DNA of 64,000 bases from Euglena gracilis (Eukaryota), in NCBI GenBank assembly GCA_039621445.1, contig CP154954.1, forward strand, positions 19,950,642-20,014,641. The letters run 5' to 3'. Each line of letters opens with the position of its first letter. Position 1 is the first letter of the stretch. Of the stretch, positions 22,801 to 36,700 are shown piece after piece. Under the pieces are notes generated by a model. That model did no database searches. It saw only the letters and a list, made by a program, of their open reading frames with translations, and had not been told where the DNA came from. A program made the translations under genes and the position numbers.

Positions 22801-25800
22801 CCGGTAAGACCCCTGGGGCGGTCAGCCTTGATCCAGCCAGCCCTAATTTTCCAGCCTCTGATCTTCCTTCCCCCCTGCCTGTTTCATTTTTTTTCTCCTC
22901 AGAGCTTGCACCCAAAGCAAATTTGTCTTATTTGGTGCTGCCTTGCAAAAAGAATATAAATGCAATATGGTTGACATGGGCATGTTTTCCTGAAGATGCC
23001 TTTACTCAATATTTCAGACCGATTGGCTGGTCGGTCTGAAATGCCGACCAGTTTTTCTTTGGCTCAATAACCCAGGCGAGGGATTTGGCCAAAATTGTGA
23101 AGTGGCTCCGCACCTGCGCACCAAATTAAATGCGGACATTTCTCTTCGCCTCTTCGACCAATTTTCCCAACGTGGCTGCCAAGCACCTCCAATGGTGCAT
23201 CCCGACAAATCCCGATGAATCCCGACAAATTATGACAGAGCGCGACAACACGTATTTGGCCTCCTTGAGGTGGGGGTTCCATCAAATCCCGACAAAGCCC
23301 AACCAATCCCGACAACAGCGCCAAAATTTGTGACCAGGGATGAAGTTGCCAAGTCAGCATGATTTGGTTGGCTTTCTGTTTTGCACAGTTTTTTTTTTGT
23401 GAAACCACATAAAGAATTTGCATGAAAAAAGCTTCGTCACGCATCAGATATGGCCAGGACCCAGCTCCAACGTGCAGAACACAACAAACCCCGAAAAATC
23501 CCGACAAATCCCGCGGCCAGCACCCAATTATCAGACGGTCTGGAGGTGCGTGGTGGCTGCCTAACCCGGTGGGAGGTGGTGGCCAGGTTGCCTCTGAGGG
23601 AAAAGTTGCTGACTGGTGGGTGGGCGAATGAAAGGAACCCCCCAAGGGTCGGCCAACAGTCAATGATCCCAAACACATTAACTTCAGGTGGTTTTTGGCC
23701 AAACATCGTCCCTTCTGCCGGCGTTAAACCCTGGGATGGGTCAGGGGCCCCGCCGCCCCCGTCACAGGTCGCCTGCAAGCCGGGCACGACCACCTCCGTC
23801 CTGCCCTACCCCATGCCCAGTCCCTGTTTTGCTGTTCCCCCACTCCCAGAGAGCGAAATGGGGGGAAGGGAATTTGTGGTACCGCCCATCCGAAACCACG
23901 CCGTGTTCAGAATCAACAAGGGGGTACATGGGCTTTGGGAGCCCACTTGTTGTTGTTGTTGTTGTTCTTGTTGTTGTTGTTGCAATTGCACAAGTGGTCC
24001 AAAATTAATATATATTTTTGAGGCTTTTTTAGTGGTGATTTGTGAGACAAAAGGAGAATAAGAAGAACAGCGCCCACAAAGTGGAGGCGTTCGTACAGCA
24101 TTCCTGAGCACATATGTACATGTGCATATGCAGCATATGCAGCATGTCTGAGAGGGTCAAAGAAAGTTTGTCAGGGTATTGCACCATGTGCCATAAATTC
24201 AACGTGTACACACATTCACGTAATCTGCAAACCGGTCGTCTGTGTGGTCAGTTTGTGAAATCGCACAAGTAATTCATGTGTTCAAACGGACCACTTGCAC
24301 TATTGTGGGAACGTCTGTTCCCGTAATTACACAAGTGGAATACTCCCGCAGTTGCCCAAGTGGTTGGTTTGCACATTTTGCAACTGCTTTGTGTGTGCAG
24401 TTGCGCACGGAGACCGACTGGGACAATTTTTTTTAAAAAAAGTCAAAGTGCAAGCTCGCCAAGTAGCACACATGGTGCACGTTTGAAAGTTGTGTGTGTC
24501 GAAAGACCGGGGAAAAAAAGCCGGCGTTCCATGGCTTATGCAGTGCATCCAACCAAGTCAGGCGGCCGATCTTGCACTTAAAACGGCATTGGTTTTGCGG
24601 AACTGTGCAAACGGACGGTTTGTGTTTTTTGAAAGTCCCAACAAATGGCGCCTAAACCTGTTAATTTGATCAGGATGTGGTCTGGTGCCCCAGGACGGTA
24701 GAGGGTGGTTCAAAGACTTTGACCTATACGGTATTCATGAGGCAGGTGTCCCAAACAGCATACAGCGCATGGACACCCAGTATGTGTGCTTGGGAAACTC
24801 CCAACGGCTGCCTCATCAACTTGGGGTGTCGTGGGGCAGACGACATCGAGCCTTCCCCAAAAACGTACACTTAGACGCCGGGGAACAACGTTCGCATGGG
24901 CAGTCGGGGCCGAATCGCTCGGGGGCCGGGGGCGGCCCCTCTCCGTCTCCCCGGCAGCAAATGCCGGCCCGCACCGCCGGGCCTGCCCCCCAGCGTGCCG
25001 GCCGCAGTGGCTCTGGGGCATTGACACCCCCGGGCTGGACCCCCCGGCGGCGGCGTTCCACGCGGACCCGGAGCTGGGCTCAGGGGCTTTCTTAAGCTGG
25101 GGGGGTCCTGCCCCCCCCGGGGGGGGGGGTCCAGCCAGCCAGCACGTTTTATCCAGCCAACAACTCCCCCCCCCGTGTTCGCCGAAATGAAGTTGGGGCT
25201 GGGACAAAAAACCACCAAAATTTATTTCGCAAAAAAATTGGGGAAGGGGCCAAAAATGGTTTTTTTTTGAGGGGATTTGGGGCTTTCACCTGATGTTTTT
25301 TTTTTGAAAAGTCCCAACCCAGCTGAAATTGCACTTTTCTTTTTGCCGTTTTTCGGGTGCCAGGCAGGTCCAGCTGCCTGCCACCCCCCCCCCCCAGACC
25401 CCCCACCCCTCCAGAGGGATTCCAACCATCACCTTTTTTCTCTGGCTGCACCTTTTTCCAGCCGGCCCATGCCCCCCCCCCCCCCTGGGGGTCCATAAGA
25501 AAGCCCCTGGCTTGGCTTCAAGCTGTTCCTCACGGGCCACCTGCGCCGGGGCAGGGCCCCGTGTGCGGTGGACGTTGCCGACTACGTGCTGTGGAAGTGC
25601 AATTGGGTGCGTCCCCTGTTGCCTGGCCCTCGGTGGGGGCTGGAATGTCGCGGCAGGTTTTATCCGTTGGAGGCTGGCAGGCGCCGGAGGAGGAGGAAGA
25701 GATCTGTGTGGGTGCGCTCCGGTGCAAAAGCTATGACGTCCAATATGTTCATGTGGGATGAGTAACCCACGTGTGCACGCAAACCAATCACCCCCCACCA

Positions 25801-27948
25801 ATTGAAATTGCGCTTCAATTTTGGATTTTGGTATTCGTTTGGGTTTGCATCATTTTTGGGACTGTGTCTAATGGATGGCCACCTTTGGAAATTGCCATTT
25901 TGTTGTTTTCACAGCAAAATTGCTGGAAAGATCAACAATAAAAACCTATGGGTGTTGTGCTTTGCCCCATTGGGATTTGTCTTTTTTTAATTTAATGGTT
26001 GTCAATCCATGCAAAGTTTGGAAAGGGTCACCGTGTCTTCCAGGGTTCACCCATACGACCAATACAACTACCAGCGATGAGAACCCCAAGCTCCAATGTC
26101 TTTTCCGGGCTTCTGCTTAAGGAAATGGGGGGTTGCTATGGGCAGGCAGGGAGGGGGGGGGGAGGCAGGGGGTTGAAAGTGGGTTGGCAGTGCTATGGCA
26201 CACCCCCCGGTGCTGAAAGGCGCCAGGAGTCCGAAAACGACCATTTTCAAAAGACATGGGTCGGAGGGAATTTTCAAGGCTTGGTTGGCAGGCACCGATG
26301 TCCGAACGCCCCCTCCCCGAGGGGGGTGCTCGCAATGAGCAGGCACCCCATAGCACCCAACCCCCAGGGGGGTTGGTAAACAGAAGCCTGGTCTTTTGTT
26401 ATCTTATAACTCAGCCATTCTCCCTAAGTCAGCTTAATTGTTCCTTCGACATCTGTAATCTGAAGACGATCCCAAGGGTTAATCGAGCTACGATTGCTTT
26501 CTCATTTGCTTGCTCTACTCAGCTTCGCCACCATTTCTATGTTCCAATTTTAAAACTCCGTTCATCCCAGTGCTTGTTGACTCCCACGGTGGATCACTTC
26601 GGGTTTTCCCTCCTCCAATCTCCGTCCACCACCCATTCACTCAGCCATCTGCACGCACAGGGAGAGGCAAGAACGTGCACACACATACAGAAACCCACAT
26701 GCACACACATATACACACAGACACATACATACACACATAATTGCATACACACAACAACACATATGCAGACGCGTGCATCCACACAGACATGCATACACAA
26801 TCACACACATATGCAGACACATACACACACACATACATATATACACACATACCGACACACACATACATGCATTCACACATGCACACATACAGGCACATGC
26901 ATACACATATACACACAGGCACGCACATGCATAAACACACATACAGACACAAACATCCACACAGGTGCGCACAGACACAAGGCTTTTCATCTTGGCATTT
27001 TTCTTTTTTGTTGCATCCATGCATCCAATGCATTTCGGAAGCGGGGGGTTGCTGCCAGGGGCCGACGGATGACATCCAGCTGATCCTGCGGCAGTTTATG
27101 GGAGAGGCCGACCACGGTGTGGCCTGGCACCCCATGCAGCCACTGCTCCAATTTCCCTCCCTCCCAAGATTGTGGAAAACATTTTTTTACAGTTTTATAA
27201 AATTTTCATGGAATGCAACCAGTGTGCATCACATACTGCACATGTCACATGATGTTCACTTGCTGTGTTTGCTGGCACATCGGTGTCTACACAGCTCCAC
27301 ATGCATGTGCATTGCACACATGCGTTGATGGGACCCTTTTGGCCCTCTCTCACCATGCCCGGGCACCGGCTCCCTCCCTGCCGCCCGCAGGCGACCCGCG
27401 GGCGGCGGCCCGGGCGGCGGAGTGCTTCCTCGGGTTGGCCGCAGAGCACGGCTTCGACCGCCTCGTGCTGGACCCATTGCCGCTGCCCGCCGGAGCCCCC
27501 AGCCAGGCTTTTTTTTTTAACTCGGAAGACCCCCCGAGGGAGGTCCCACGCCCCCACAGCGTATGTCCTACGTCCAGGGTATGTCCCTACAGCGCTGGAA
27601 TTACCCCAGAGTTGCTCACCGGGCGAGGGGGAGCCACACACGAGCACTGGTGTCAGGGGTCCCTGGCCACTCACCACACAAATTGGGCCAGAAGCGAAGA
27701 AGTTAGTGCCGGCCATAAACCGACAAGAAGCCTTGGTGCAACTGAGGGGGTACTGGGTGGGGGGGGGGAACCCTCCGGGGACCTTAAATAGGAAGCCTGC
27801 TCCCGGCACCTTGACGCGGCCGCTCCACTTCCCGGGGGAGGGGCCGATCATTGCCACCAATTTCCGGCCGGAGAGTTTCCGTGGGCCTCGGCTAAGGGTG
27901 GTCGCCCCCCCCCCTCTTTTGGTTTCCCTGCTGTTTGAGCAACGCTGA
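19850..27948 (+). CDS. RbgA/YlqF/MTG1-family circularly permuted GTPase, paralog 1; exons ~19850-19935, 20394-20549, 20654-20783, 21182-21234, 21567-21659, 21742-~21790, ~22248-22433, 23768-~23819, ~24992-25077, 25515-25606, 27059-27116, 27391-27500, 27805-27948 (a short exon may be missing near 26 kb)
   Basis: Motifs in family order: DVLVDVRDARLP, G4 position THAE, G1 VAGLPNAGKSS, G2 KPGTT, G3 IDTPG, ELGFKL, VADYVLW, AAECFL..GFDRLVLD; basic N-terminus MAVLCLRGGKSCWRTKL (first exon tentative). Confidence 0.85.
20787..21176 (+). mobile_element. MITE forming an entire predicted nonconventional intron (20784-21181)
   Basis: TIR CAGGCTT(C/T)TGCTTAAGG; TSD GCGGCTAC/GCCGCTAC; removal restores DARLPQSSLHP. 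Confidence 0.9.
21660..21741 (+). other. 82-nt nonconventional intron
   Basis: tcc|gccCAGCAGCCG...CGACTGCTGaatgc|gct; removal eliminates an in-frame TGA and gives HGPSAAVFFLN. Confidence 0.8.
25081..25509 (+). mobile_element. MITE forming an entire predicted nonconventional intron (25078-25514)
   Basis: TIR CAGGGGCTTTCTTA; TSD GCTGGGCT/GCTTGGCT; removal restores DPELGFKLFLTGHL. Confidence 0.9.
26106..26390. mobile_element. MITE inside a conventional intron
   Basis: cgggcttctgcttaa...taaacagaagcctg; TSD GTCTTTTC/GTCTTTTG. Confidence 0.75.
27504..27799 (+). mobile_element. Older MITE forming a predicted nonconventional intron (27501-27804)
   Basis: CAGGCTT...AAGCCTG; TSD CCCCCAGC/CTCCCGGC; removal switches to the frame homologous to the paralog 2 C-terminus. 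Confidence 0.8.
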
Positions 27949-30364
27949 GACATCCATTTGCCCAGGTTCAAAACGGTTTGAAAGGCAGGGCGGAGACGCA
28001 AAAAAGGATGTATCTGTTAATGTTTTCATCGAGTCAAGAAAGATGAACAGGGGACACAGAGGCAGCACCAGGTTGTTGATCTCGAGTTGGCGTGCCACGC
28101 GCTCGGGTGTGGCCATGGGTGACCCAGCGGGTGTCCAGGGGGTGTACATGAAATGTCCCTTGGACATTTCATGTACCTCACCCCACAGTCAGCCTCCAGT
28201 CCCAAGGCCTCTCTCAGCCCATTGGGTTGTGATCGTGTGTGTGCACACTGGCACTTCCCCACCCATGTAGCAATGCCCCAGCTAGCTCTACCGCAAAAAA
28301 ATTGAAGCCAGTCCTGTGAGAGTGCACTTTGTGACAATAAGCTTTATCTGGCTCCTTTCATATCATAAGGGATCAATCAGGCAAGAGATTTTCTTTTGTT
28401 CTCAAGGATTGGCCTCTTTTTGCACAGCACGTTGCAGCAGAGCAGGGGGTAGGGCAGGGGCATTCAGGGGAGGGGAACGCAAATGCGTTTGTATTTTTTG
28501 ATTTTGGCAAAAATTGCGTGTTTTTTTTTGGCGCTTTTTTTTTGCATTTTTCCCCGCGATTTTCGGATTTTTGTTGGAAAATTTTTGACCATGAAAAATT
28601 CCTTATTTTGTCCCCGATTTTCCCCGAGACCTAAAATTTTGTCAAATTTTTTTGTCATTTATGCTTTCTGGGGCAAAAAAAATGCTTATGCTAAGTCCTT
28701 TCTTTTTTATTTTTAAGTCCTTTTTTATTTTGTTTTTATTTTTATGCTAACTCCTCTCCAGTGGAAAAGTGTACATCCTGGGGGAGCTCCTAAAGGATTT
28801 TACATGCAATTTTTTGTGTTTTTTTTTTGCTTTCTTTTGTGTTTATTTGCGGTTTTTTTGCGGCGCGGTTTTTTTTTTTGAGGGTCCACGTTGTGCCCCC
28901 CCCCCCCCTTGGGGCATTGCTGCGTAGGGTGGGGCTGCGCCAGTGTTCACACACCATCACCTCTACCAATGGGCTGGCAGAGAGTATAAGGTTGCTGATG
29001 ACTCAAATCCCTTGATGTCAATACTAAAGGTCGTTTATTGCAATGCAGAAGTTTAAAATGGGCCACTGCATTCGGAGGGTCAAGATTCTGTGCCGAATAA
29101 TGTCCACCTTTGCCAGCAGGCATCGACGTCGGATTTGCCTGTGTCGGAGTCCGGAACATCCCATGCGGGGGAGCCATTCTTTGCTTCAAGGTCCACACCC
29201 TTGGAATGGCTTGATTATTGTCTGGCATCATAACAGCTTCGCCTACGACCCATCGTTTGGTCCCTCCAGATTGTTGTTGCTTTTATGGATTCGTCTCACC
29301 CGTGTGAAGTGTTGAGGAATGACCCCCAAATCACCACTCTTTTTGCAACCAACCTGGCAGGGCATTCGCCTTGTACAAGGATACGCACCGTTCCACCCCG
29401 CACGCGTGCAGACCAGCGCTGCCCCCCCCCCCCCGCCGCCCGCTGAAGCCATCCCCCACAAGCAACCCCCCTGTTGTCACACAGGGCGGCCGGAGAAGAG
29501 TGGAGCTCCTGGGTCCAGGGCTTGGCTTCGCCCACAGCGCAGCTTCCGGTGCATCTTCTGATCTTTCCTGCCCTCAAAATTTAAACTCCTGGGGTTTATA
29601 GTCGTGCGTGGTTTGAAGACCCTCGAAAAGGGCATTACATCAGGAAGGTCCATTTCTTTCAGGTGGCCTCAACGAACTTTTTCTGCCTCCGCTGCAGTCA
29701 AATTCCACCACCATTCCAATTTTCTTCTGTGTACCCTCAATTCTTCCCAACCACATGTTACCTCGGGCCAACATTGACCGTTTCATGTTATCCAAAATCC
29801 AGTGTCTTTTCAGAAAATTCTCCTTGAAGAGGGTCTGTAAAAAAAAAATGCAAGGGTAACAAAAATCAAACCTGTCGGTTTAACTTTAGGGGGAGGGGTT
29901 ATGTTGACCCACCTGGCTGGCAGGAAGAAATGGAGTCAGAACGGGCGTTGGGGTAAGAAACACCATCTCCTTCTTGCTTTCTTTAAAAGTGAACCAGCGG
30001 TGCTACGCTGAGGTGTGCGTGCATACATACGTGTGTGTGTTTGTTTGTGTGGGTGGGTGGGTGGGTGGGTGGATGTGTGCATTAGCGTGAGCTGCATCCT
30101 TCCTTGGGGGTTAAAACCAGAGCCCTGTGCGAGGTTTCTGGTCTGAACCTGAAGATGACGATGCCTCGCTGGGGACTCCTCACGTGGCTGGTCTGTTCTT
30201 ATTCCGAACGCAAATTGTGGCTTCTTTGCAACCTTTATCAAGTCGGCCACGGTTACGAGACTATCCAAAAGTGGAAGTGCTTTCGACTTTCTGGCCCACT
30301 GTGATCAACCCCGGCTCCACCAGTCAGCCCACTGCATGGACCGCCACCTCATATTCAATTTTGC

Positions 30365-30686
<322 letters not shown>

Positions 30687-30720
30687 TTGATTGGTTGTTG
30701 TGATTGATAGGGTTGACAGG

Positions 30721-31569
30721 ATGGAGGGACATTGCTGCAGGGTTCCCTGCTGAGGAGGCTCTGGGCACTGAAGTGCAGGCGTGGTACAACCGGCTGCCGG
30801 CAGGGTCTGCCGCCACGGACAACGTGCCGGCTGGCGAAGCGGTTGGCGGCGCCGCAGCCAATCCACCCGATGCCCAGCGACCGGATGAGGCCCTGTGGAC
30901 TGAATCAATCTGCAATCCCCGCCCTTTTCTGGAAGTCGGAGACTGGTTGCAACCAGGGTTCAGTATAAGGAGGGTTTACAGGGTTCAGGAGGAGGGGGAT
31001 GCCCCCCATCCCCCCCCCTGACCCTCCCTCCACCTGCCCTTATATTGAACCCTGGGTTGCAGATCAGGAGAGTGAGAACTGTTAGGGACCGGTGCTGAAT
31101 CTGAACTCCGGCGTTATTTTTCTCCAAGATTGCTTTCTCCTTCTTTGTGCAATTTTTTTTAATTTTTTCAACTCAATTTAAAAACGGCCATGGTCGTGGT
31201 TGGGGGCAGAGGTTTTTTAAGTTTTGTGCAGGCAGTGCTTCCGGGCACTGCCTCGCCCCGGCCCTGTTGTCCAGCAGCAACGCCGCCCCGACTGCGCCAG
31301 CCCCCACCCAGAAGGTGCCTGCCCGTGTGCCCCGGAGCACGCCTCTCCAGCTCCCCCAGCCCATCCATTTGCGTCACGGCTGCTCAACACAGACTTGGCA
31401 ACAGTTTCCTCCAGTCCGGTGCTGCTTTCCCCTCCCGGGCAGGCAGGGGACTCGCGTCCCTCGTTCAGGACCGCCCTGGCAGCCCGGCGTTCCACGCCCC
31501 CGTGACCCCGAGGACCTCTGGCTTGGTCCGCAGTTTCCAAAGCGACGGTCCCTGGACCGTACGAGTTGA
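30721..31569 (+). other. Possible exons of an unresolved gene (copy at ~61002-61857)
   Basis: GC-rich, follows acceptor-like ttgacag; two indels between copies are +6 and -3 nt, but another is +1. Confidence 0.25.
30954..31054. mobile_element. 101-bp miniature member of the 1130-1574 MITE family (another at 19583-19820)
   Basis: cagggttcagtataagg...ccttatattgaaccctg; flanks share ggttgca. Confidence 0.7.
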
Positions 31570-31732
31570 GCCCCCGCTGCAGTATGATGGGGGCTGGGGG
31601 GTTTTGTTTTTTTTTGTTTCCTGCAGCTGTTCTTACAACGATCATTTTTTCCTGGGGAGGGGAAAGAGTGCCGAATGCCATGTCGGATTCACATTTGAAC
31701 GCACAGGCAATTGCCCATTCCCTGATGCATGG

Positions 31733-31859
<127 letters not shown>

Positions 31860-32118
31860 CGCGCGCGCGCATTCGTGCCAGTGTGTCTCTCTTGGCATGG
31901 TTGAAAGTTCGATTGTGCAGAAATACACACACATACATATACATATAACATGCATGCACATATGTTTATACATTATATACATATATGTATGTGTATAATC
32001 GAACCTTCAACCATGCAATTATATATATATTCAACTCTACATGTAATTCAATTATATATTTTATTGCAGGCGCATTTTTCACACCTCGGGTTGGGTTGGA
32101 ATTTCCTTCAGCTGAATA

Positions 32119-33190
32119 ATGGGATGCCCCAGACCCCCACGTGACACCGCGCTTGAGAATGCACTGCGTGTGTTGCGCACTGTCCCGTTCGCTGTTGTCT
32201 TGGAGGTGCGGGACGCTCGCATCCCACGGTCAACACACAGGGAGCCCTGGCACCCCATTTTTAAATCAATTTTGAGCTTGACGAGGGCAGGACCACAAGA
32301 GCTGCGCTCCTGCAATGTGCGGGGGAGTGTATGCTTTGTTTTCGGCCCGAGGCCATGGGATCAGAAGAGCAAAACCCCCTCTCAATATAAAGCTCCCCCA
32401 ATATATACACCCTCCATATATAAGTCCCCCCCCCGATATGCAAGCAGATGATGGTGCCATTCAGGAAAAATTGCAGAATTTGGGGTGTATTCCACATTTT
32501 TTTCCTCCAGAAATGCTCCCTTCTGGATAAAATTGCACATTTTTGGTGAAAATAGGAGGTGCACAACGAAAATTTGGCATAAAGTTGGTATTTGACTGCA
32601 GTTGAAGGCCGCCAATGTTTTTATCATCCACCCAGAAAGTTTGATTCCCCTCCCCCCCAATTATGTTGCCCTCCCCAGAGGGTATTGAAATCGGTTCACA
32701 TGGGGCTTGTTAATTGCGACGATAAAGCAGGGAGCATCCGAACGGGGGGGGGGGCATCCAATTGAATCACCCGGACCACGGCTGTACGGAATCCCCAAAC
32801 CCCTGTGGATGGTGGGTGGCCTTTCCACTTTTCCGGGGGGTGCCAATTTTTAGCCCAGAATTTTCCGTCGGCGCCACCGGGCAGTGCAGTGCTGTGATGG
32901 GGGGTCGCCCCCCCCCCCACCTCCCGGCTGGGGAGGTCGACCACCCTCCCGCCCGGCCATCCAGTGCCGCCCTGCCCCCCCCCCCATTTCTTTCAGTCGT
33001 GTGGCAGTGGGGGGGGGGGGGCTGCTGGCCCCGGCCTGTCCCCCTGCGGCCGGCCCACCCGCTGATCGGCAAGGTGGCCCGCCAGGCGGCGGTCCACTTC
33101 GTGGTCTTCACCCATGCGGACCTCCTGCCCCCCGCGGAGCTGCAGCGCGTCACCCGCTGGGCACTGCAGGAGGCCCGTGAACCGGACCCA

Positions 33191-33260
<70 letters not shown>

Positions 33261-33628
33261 TATCACAGCAAGACCAGGAGGAGAGAGCTTCAAACACAGA
33301 AAAATCAGGATCATCCCCTCTGTCTTGCCAGGCACAACAGAAAATTATCAAAATTGGTCGATAAATTCGACTTTGAATAACAACTCAGCAAGCATGACCA
33401 GATGAAACACAAAAAATTGGAATGTTGGCTGGAGGCTTGAATAACATCAGAAACATACCCTCTCTGTGTCTTTTTTTAGAAAAACCAGGCTGCTCAGGTG
33501 CAGATGCACAAATTCAAACACAAGCTGCGGGGGAAAATGTGCTGGACGCACTATGGCCACCCACCCACCCACCCACCCACCCACCCACCCACGCGTACGC
33601 GTGCACACACACATCCACACACACACAT

Positions 33629-33676
<48 letters not shown>

Positions 33677-33690
33677 CACACCCACACCCA

Positions 33691-33753
<63 letters not shown>

Positions 33754-36700
33754 GCACACACCCACACACACACACTGAGCTGAGATTTGCAAATCTACTT
33801 TTCTTCCACTCGGGTTTTCTGTTATCAGCCTGTTGTTGCATTAATTATTCTTATTCTCTCGAATCACTGGGCAAGCCATCGCTTGCTTGTGCAATCCTAG
33901 GACCCACGTCCACCCGGGTATGAAGAGGATATCAAATGTAATGTACGGAATGCGAATAGAGCATGAGGAGTCATGTTCACCGTTGTAAGACAAAAGCGGC
34001 GGATGTACTGTGGTGGGGAAGGTCTGGGGAATGGAAATGCAGGCCCGGGTACTGGGGAGCAGCGCTGCAGCAACCAAACCGCATAAATCCACCTGATACA
34101 ACAGAAACAGAGTGCGCCGGATCAAAATTATGTCGCCAGACTCCCAAACAGCAGATCACACAAGAGTGAAACGGAGGACCAATCTGATATGATATAATAG
34201 ATTTGGAAGATTGAAATAGACAAAAAAGGGGGAGATGGAACAATGCATGAGAATCAATGGCAACTGATAGAAAATTTTGTGTGGAAAGTCTAATAAATTT
34301 GACAATGTAACTTTGCGGGTGGAGTTACCTTAGGCCCTGGTGTTCGGCCCTGGGTGCATAAATGAGTGGGTGGGTAGGTGGGTGTGTGGGTGAGGGTGTG
34401 AGGGTGTGGGTGTGGGTGGCTGGGTGGGTGTGTGTGGGTGTGGGGGTGGGGGTGGGCGGGTGTGTGTGTGTGTGGGTGTGGGTGGGGGTGTGGGTGTGGG
34501 GGTGGGTGTGGGTGTGGGTGTGGGTTGTGGGTGTGGGGTGGGTGTGGGTGTGGGTGTGGGTGTGGTGGTGTGTGTGTGGGGTGTGGGTGGTGTGTGTGTG
34601 GGTGTGGGTGTGTGAGTGGGTGTGGGTGTGGGTGTGGGTGTGTGTGTGTGTGGTGGGTGTGTGGGTGCATGTGTGGGTGGGTGGGTGGGTGGGTGGGTGT
34701 CTCTGCACCAGCCCCAGAACATGCCACCAGTGGGTTGTCCTCCCCTCCGTCCCCCTTCAGCGGCAGCACGCCACCTCCGTGTGGTTCGTCAACACAAAGG
34801 ACGCCCTCACCCTGCCTCAGCGGGAGACGCAGCGCGCCTTCGGCCGCCTGTACGAGGCGCTGGTGGAGGCGTGCCGGCCGGGCCCCCATCGCTGCGATGG
34901 AACCGAAGCCGTTCACGGCGGCAACCTTTGCCTGGCAGCCCACTGCTTTGTGGTGATCCCCCATGGGCTGACTGTTTGGTTTGGTGTTGGCTTTTCGGGC
35001 TGGCTGATTTTTTTTGGAGTGACTGATTTGGTTCCGGACCCCGCCCCCCCCCCCCCCCCGAGAGGGTCGAAGGAGTGGCAGAAGGTGATACACCAGGTGT
35101 TGAAGGCGCCAGAGGTGTTTTTTGGGGGGGGAAATGGTCAAATCAATTAATTTTAGGATGGATTGGCTGCCCCCCCCCCAAGTAGGGAGGTCGGACGTGA
35201 GTGAGTGGTTTTCAAGTGAAGGGACTTTTCCTCTGGGTCGGTGAGTAGGTGAGGGCCCTGTGCCGATCGCCTTTTCAGTCATTTCGGGTTGGGACAGCGA
35301 GTTTTCCAGAAAACACGTTGGAAGAAATCAAGCCAATCATCGCCAATAGATGTATAAAAAAAAACTGATGTCTGAGCAGAGAGGGAAAGGAGGAACCATC
35401 AGAGAGGGGGGGGGTGCACGCGGCGAGGGGAGGGTAAGGGCCTTGGAGGAGTGACACCTGGTGCCCACTGTGTCGAGACAGGAGGAAGTGGTCCCGTGGT
35501 CCCAATTGAATTGCCAACCATCTCTCTTAAAAAAAAAATGACCAAAACTTGCACCAAATGCGCCATAAAAAAGGAGGATTTTTTTTGAGGGGCTAAAAAG
35601 GCCATTGTTTGGCCTCAATTTTTTTATCTGTCTTGGGGAGGGGTCATTAGGGGGGAGGCCTTTAAAAATTGTCATCTGCACAGGGGGGGAGGGGTGGTCC
35701 CCAAAGAAACACCAACTGTACTACCAACGCTCCCCTGGGCATACTGTGTCAACTCCCCTGAGAAGCTGTGTCAAAAAAATAGAAAAAAATAAAAGAAAAA
35801 GAAAATTGAAGGAAAAAACATCGAACCAATAAAGAATTAAGAGAAATTATCAAAATGGTGACGACCTGCTTTCAGAAAGCAACTTTGTGGTGGGGCTCAG
35901 AGGTCCCGGAAAAAAACAGCCCATTTGGGGCATTTTTTTGACCCACGGCCAGACAGGTGGGAGGGGGGGCTGCCCGGTCAGACATTCCAGGGCACTCCAC
36001 CCCCTCCACCTCCCCCCCCCCCCGGGTTGGTCAAATTCAGCCGGATGGGGGCCCCGGAGCGGCGCACGGCGACCGGGATGGTGCTGGTGGCCGGCACGCC
36101 CAACGTCGGGAAGAGCAGCCTCGTGGCGATGCTGACGAAGGAGCTGACCGCCAAGCGGCGCAAGAAGGTCCGCCGGGCCCTCTCTCGGTTGGGGGGGGGG
36201 GGGCGGCCTCGACTGCCCCCCCCCAGAGCTGTTTGGGAATCCCCGAAACCCTATGGGTGGCGGGTGGTGGGTGGTGAGGGAGTCAACCCCCCCCACCAGG
36301 CCCCACCAGGCCGCATCGCCCTGCCCGCCCCAACTGAACGGCCGCCGGTAGTGGGGTGGAGGCGGCAGAGCGGACGACTGCACTCAACCCCGTGCACGTT
36401 TGGCACTCAAACCGGGTGTTGTGGAGCCAAGTATTCCGCCGACACGGGATATTTGGCTCCACAGAAACCCGAGTTTGGGGCTGTGGGCTAAGTGTCAATG
36501 GAATTTCACCGGAATTGAAAAGTGGTCATTCACTGACGGAATATATGTTGACTTAAAAGAAGAATGAAGGAGCTGTGCAGCTTCCCACTGTATGTTCTTT
36601 TTTTGTTCTCTGGCTTTTCAAGCTTGTGCTTTGACAATCACATTTTGCAATTTCTGTGTGTACGGTGAATTTTAGATTTTCGCCCATTTTGCATGTGTTA

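Noticed and set aside
29000-30300. Coding-looking stretch within the duplicated segment
   Set aside because: Stops in the frames examined and no family motif recognised.
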